Assembly: GCA_900316805.1 (NCBI GenBank)
Contig: ONEJ01000017.1
Span: 2,410 to 66,409, forward strand
From: an uncultured Lachnospiraceae bacterium
GTDB lineage: Bacteria; Bacillota; Clostridia; Lachnospirales; Lachnospiraceae
DNA: 64,000 nt
Direction of reading: 5' to 3'
The notes below the pieces were generated by a model that made no database searches, had not been told where the DNA came from, and saw only the letters and a list, made by a program, of their open reading frames with translations. Below are positions 60,481 to 64,000 of this stretch, in pieces. The position numbers and the translations under genes are program-made. Each line of letters begins with the position of its first letter. The stretch's first letter is position 1.

Positions 60481-63252
60481 TTATCTAGGCACCTCAACCA
60501 TCTTATATGCTTCGATCTGGTCGAACTCCTGAATCTCGTTGAAGCCGTCAAATACAAGACCACACTCATAACCGGCCTTAACTTCCTTGACATCATCCTG
60601 ATATCTCTTAAGGGAAGCAAGATCACCCTCGAAGATCTGATTTCCTTCACGGGAAATACGTACCTTGCATCCTCTCTCGATAAGGCCGTCAAGCACATAG
60701 GAACCGGCGATATTGCCCACGCCAGACGCTTTGAAAATCTGACGGATTTCCGCATGGCCCAGTACCTTTTCCTCGAAAATCGGATCCAGCATACCCTTCA
60801 TGGCAGCTTCCACATCCTCGATGGCGTTGTAGATGACCTTGTAGAGACGGATATCTACGCCCTCGTTGTCGGCAGTCTGCTTTGCGATCGGATCCGGACG
60901 AACGTTGAAACCAATGATGATTGCATTGGAAGCGGATGCCAGGATAACATCGGACTCGTTGATGGCACCAACACCGCCGTGAATGACCTTGACAACAACC
61001 TCCTCGTTGGACAACTTCACCAAAGACTGCTTTACAGCCTCCACAGATCCCTGCACATCGGCCTTGACGATGATATCCAGTTCCTTCATGTTTCCGGACT
61101 GAATCTGTGAGAACAGATCGTCTAAGGACATCTTGGACTTGGTATCCTCGATGAGGCGGTTCTTCTCCTCGGAAATATAAGTGTCCGCAAAGGCTTTTGC
61201 CTCCTTATCGGAATCACAGACCACGAAAGTCTCACCGGCTGCAGGCACACTGTTCAAACCAAGGATTTCTACCGGTGTGGATGGAATAGCCTTCTTTACC
61301 CGCTGTCCCTTGTCATCTACCATGGCACGAACCTTACCATAACTGCTTCCGCAGGCGATGGAATCCCCTACATGCAGGGTTCCCTTCTGTACCAGAACGG
61401 TCGCAACAGCACCACGCCCCTTATCCAGCTGAGCCTCGATCACAAGACCTCTTGCGTTACGGTTCGGGTTGGCTTTCAGCTCCAGCACCTCTGCCGTAAG
61501 AAGAATCATCTCCAGAAGGTTATCGATTCCTTCCTTAGTATGTGCAGAAACCGGACAGAAAATCGTGCTTCCACCCCAATCCTCCGGAATCAGTTCATAC
61601 TCAGACAGCTCCTGCTTTACTTTTTCAATATTGGCACTTGGCTTATCGATCTTGTTGACTGCAACAATGATCTCGACACCGGCAGCCTTGGCATGGTTGA
61701 TTGCTTCTACGGTCTGGGGCATCACGCCGTCGTCTGCAGCCACAACAAGGATTGCGATATCCGTGGAGTTGGCACCGCGCATACGCATGGCGGTAAACGC
61801 TTCATGTCCCGGTGTATCCAGGAAAGTGATATTCTGATCGTTGATGGATACCACAGATGCACCGATATGCTGGGTAATACCACCAGCCTCACGGTCTGTT
61901 ACACGGGTTGAACGGATGGCATCCAGCAGGGATGTTTTACCATGGTCAACGTGACCCATAACGCATACAACCGGCGGACGGGCAACCAGATCTTTTGGAT
62001 TCTCCTCATCCTCCTTCAAAAGCTCTGCGATCACATCCACCTTCTCTTCCGGCTCACAGATGTAATTGAACTCCAGTGCTATCTCTTCGGCAGTTTCGAA
62101 ATCCACTTCCTGGTTTACCGTTACCATCTGTCCCTTCATGAAAAGCTTCTTCACGATGGCAGAAGGCTGAATCTTCATCTTGTCAGCCAGATCACGGATG
62201 GTCAGCTTCTCCGGAAGGGTGATGGTCTTGATTACATCCTCTTCCTCCTTCGGCTTCGGCTGCTGCTGCGGTTTCTTCTTGCCGCCGTGCTTCTCCAGAT
62301 TGATATAGTTCTCCTGACGCTTTCCGCCCAGCTTATCGTGATCCTGATGCTTGTTGTTATTGCGGCGGTCAGTGCCTCTCTCCCGGCTCTCCTTGCCTCT
62401 TACTTCCTCTGCCGGAGCAGCCTCCATACGGCCGCCCTTGTTTCTGTTCTGCGGTCCGCGGTCATTCTGAGGTCTTCCACTGTTCGGACGGTCATTATTC
62501 GGTCTTGCACCTCTGCCACCACGATTATCCTGACCGGCTCTTGCGGGGCGATCAGTTCTGTCGTTTCTGTCGTTTCTTACATTTCTATCATTTCTGTCCG
62601 TTCTTTCATTCCGCTCGCCGCGATCGTTGCGGTCTCTGCGCTCCACGCGGTCTGTGTGATCTCCGTTTGGACGGCTCTGGCCCAGGTTTCTCTGATTCTG
62701 GCCTGCACCACGATTCTCCTCCTGAGCACGCTTAGCCGGACGAATGTTATCAAAATCATCCACGTTGTTGGCGGTACGCTCACTGATGGGACGCATAGCA
62801 CGCTCGCCTACCGGACGGGGGCGAATGATACTGTGCTGCTCCGGGCGCTGTCTGTCATCCCTTCTCGGTCCTTTGCCATTTCCGCTGCCGCCACGGCCTT
62901 TTCCCTGTGCCGGGCGATTCCCCTGCTTGCTGTACTGTGCATTGAAAACAGCCGTAATGCTGGACTTCTTCTTCGGGCGTTCCTTGCCGTCTGCAGACTT
63001 TGCATCGCCTCTTCCTGCCGGAGCCTTGGCCGGTGTCTGGGAAGATGACGGAGCAGCTGCTGCAGGCTGAGGCTGCGCAGTTGTCTTGGCCGGTGCCTTT
63101 GCAAACTTCTTTCTCACCACCTCCTGGGCAGCATCCTCGATGTTGCTGGATGCACTTCTTACTGCAAAGTCTGTTGTGCTTAACGTATCTATAATATCCT
63201 GTGATTTTATATTTAACTCTTTTGCGAGTTCGTGAACTCTCATTTTTGCCAT
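60481..63252 (-). CDS. infB: Translation initiation factor IF-2
   Basis: [44 protein letters not shown]. Confidence 0.98.
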   Translation of the reverse strand: MAKMRVHELAKELNIKSQDIIDTLSTTDFAVRSASSNIEDAAQEVVRKKFAKAPAKTTAQPQPAAAAPSSSQTPAKAPAGRGDAKSADGKERPKKKSSITAVFNAQYSKQGNRPAQGKGRGGSGNGKGPRRDDRQRPEQHSIIRPRPVGERAMRPISERTANNVDDFDNIRPAKRAQEENRGAGQNQRNLGQSRPNGDHTDRVERRDRNDRGERNERTDRNDRNVRNDRNDRTDRPARAGQDNRGGRGARPNNDRPNSGRPQNDRGPQNRNKGGRMEAAPAEEVRGKESRERGTDRRNNNKHQDHDKLGGKRQENYINLEKHGGKKKPQQQPKPKEEEDVIKTITLPEKLTIRDLADKMKIQPSAIVKKLFMKGQMVTVNQEVDFETAEEIALEFNYICEPEEKVDVIAELLKEDEENPKDLVARPPVVCVMGHVDHGKTSLLDAIRSTRVTDREAGGITQHIGASVVSINDQNITFLDTPGHEAFTAMRMRGANSTDIAILVVAADDGVMPQTVEAINHAKAAGVEIIVAVNKIDKPSANIEKVKQELSEYELIPEDWGGSTIFCPVSAHTKEGIDNLLEMILLTAEVLELKANPNRNARGLVIEAQLDKGRGAVATVLVQKGTLHVGDSIACGSSYGKVRAMVDDKGQRVKKAIPSTPVEILGLNSVPAAGETFVVCDSDKEAKAFADTYISEEKNRLIEDTKSKMSLDDLFSQIQSGNMKELDIIVKADVQGSVEAVKQSLVKLSNEEVVVKVIHGGVGAINESDVILASASNAIIIGFNVRPDPIAKQTADNEGVDIRLYKVIYNAIEDVEAAMKGMLDPIFEEKVLGHAEIRQIFKASGVGNIAGSYVLDGLIERGCKVRISREGNQIFEGDLASLKRYQDDVKEVKAGYECGLVFDGFNEIQEFDQIEAYKMVEVPR

Positions 63253-63268
63253 AAATGAATTACCTCCG

Positions 63269-63586
63269 TTATTCAGTTTTGCTGTCCTTAAGCTTACACT
63301 CCACGGCCCGCGCCAGATTCTCATCCGTCACTGCCAGGGATGCCCGAAACTGCTTGCCGATATATCGCCCAAGCTCCTCCTTGCTCCCGTAACAGTAACA
63401 CGGTACATGATAAAAATCCGTCATATTCAAAAAGCTCTTTTTGGTGTTCTCGGATGCCTCCGCAGAGACGATCACGAGATATGCGTGACCGGATTTTACC
63501 GCTTTTTCCGTGGAAAATTCACCGCTTACTACTTTTCCTGCCTTCGCGGCAATCCCTAACATCGATAATATTCTATCATTCTGCAA
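63269..63586 (-). CDS. L7Ae/YlxQ family RNA-binding protein
   Basis: [29 protein letters not shown]. Confidence 0.92.
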   Translation of the reverse strand: MQNDRILSMLGIAAKAGKVVSGEFSTEKAVKSGHAYLVIVSAEASENTKKSFLNMTDFYHVPCYCYGSKEELGRYIGKQFRASLAVTDENLARAVECKLKDSKTE

Positions 63587-63848
63587 GCGTATTCATCTCC
63601 TTTTCCAGACTATCGTACACTTCCTGTGGAATCGCCATTTTCAAAGATCGCTCCAGTCCCTTGGATTTTCTGGCCTGCTTCAGGCAGTCCGGATTGGCAC
63701 AAATGTAGGCTCCCCTGCCGTTCTTGCGGCCGGTGGCATCCAGAAGCACCGCATCCTCCGGGGTCTTAATGACCCTTACCATATCCTTCTTGGCCTTCAT
63801 CTGCCCACATCCCACGCACTGGCGCATCGGTATCTTTTTATTTGCCAT
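63576..63848 (-). CDS. ylxR: YlxR/RnpM family protein
   Basis: PMRQCVGC, DATGRKNGRGAYIC. Confidence 0.93.
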   Translation of the reverse strand: MANKKIPMRQCVGCGQMKAKKDMVRVIKTPEDAVLLDATGRKNGRGAYICANPDCLKQARKSKGLERSLKMAIPQEVYDSLEKEMNTLAE

Positions 63849-63850
63849 CT

Positions 63851-64000
63851 CTATTCCTCTGAAGACGTCTCATCTGTGTATCCGCCGTCGTAATTTCTGT
63901 CATCATAGCTCTCGCCCTCATAATTATCGTCGTCGTAATACTCATCTTCGTCTTCGTAATCATTCTCATAATCAATGAAATCGCCGGACTCTCTCGCCTG
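63851..64000 (-). CDS. nusA: NusA C-terminal acidic tail (partial, runs off window)
   Basis: Open frame QARESGDFIDYENDYED..EE* immediately upstream of ylxR, the usual nusA position. Confidence 0.7.
   Translation of the reverse strand, partial: QARESGDFIDYENDYEDEDEYYDDDNYEGESYDDRNYDGGYTDETSSEE

Noticed and set aside
62545-62660. RND/RTD 9-bp-type repeats in infB
   Set aside because: Normal low-complexity IF-2 N-terminal region

Overview
Chromosomal window from a Bacillota/Clostridia organism, probably Lachnospiraceae (inferred from gene content and protein style). 1-5650: a shattered integrative conjugative/mobilisable element remnant (MobC-like gene, broken relaxase, signal-peptidase and transfer-gene fragments, truncated tyrosine integrase) abutting the 3' end of the GGGtGRT gene. 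5.6-31 kb: housekeeping genes (GGGtGRT/IscU-like pair, topB, a degenerate ATPase, asd, argH, queH, tRNA-Thr, potABCD with regulator, glgA, spo0A, heterodimeric ABC exporter). 31-50 kb: a complete type IV pilus locus with very large minor pilins and a 1622-aa DUF5057-like putative adhesin. 50-64 kb: tRNA-Glu, galE, infC-rpmI-rplT with L20 leader, an SH3/NlpC-P60 hydrolase and the nusA-infB-rbfA-nrnA-truB-ribF operon. The most striking unexplained signal is a family of four intergenic arrays (13724-13972, 54976-55270, 56306-56483, 59740-59987) made of 35-bp TGGGCG-N23-CGCCCA imperfect palindromes at a near-constant 71-bp period with 36-bp spacers. Each array is dyad-symmetric about a central spacer, and two of them flank, as a direct repeat, an uncharacterised gene with a Vsr/DUF559-like nuclease signature (55389-56147). 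No cas genes are in the window. This is a candidate repeat-array/nuclease system. All family assignments are from motif recognition by eye; no searches were run.
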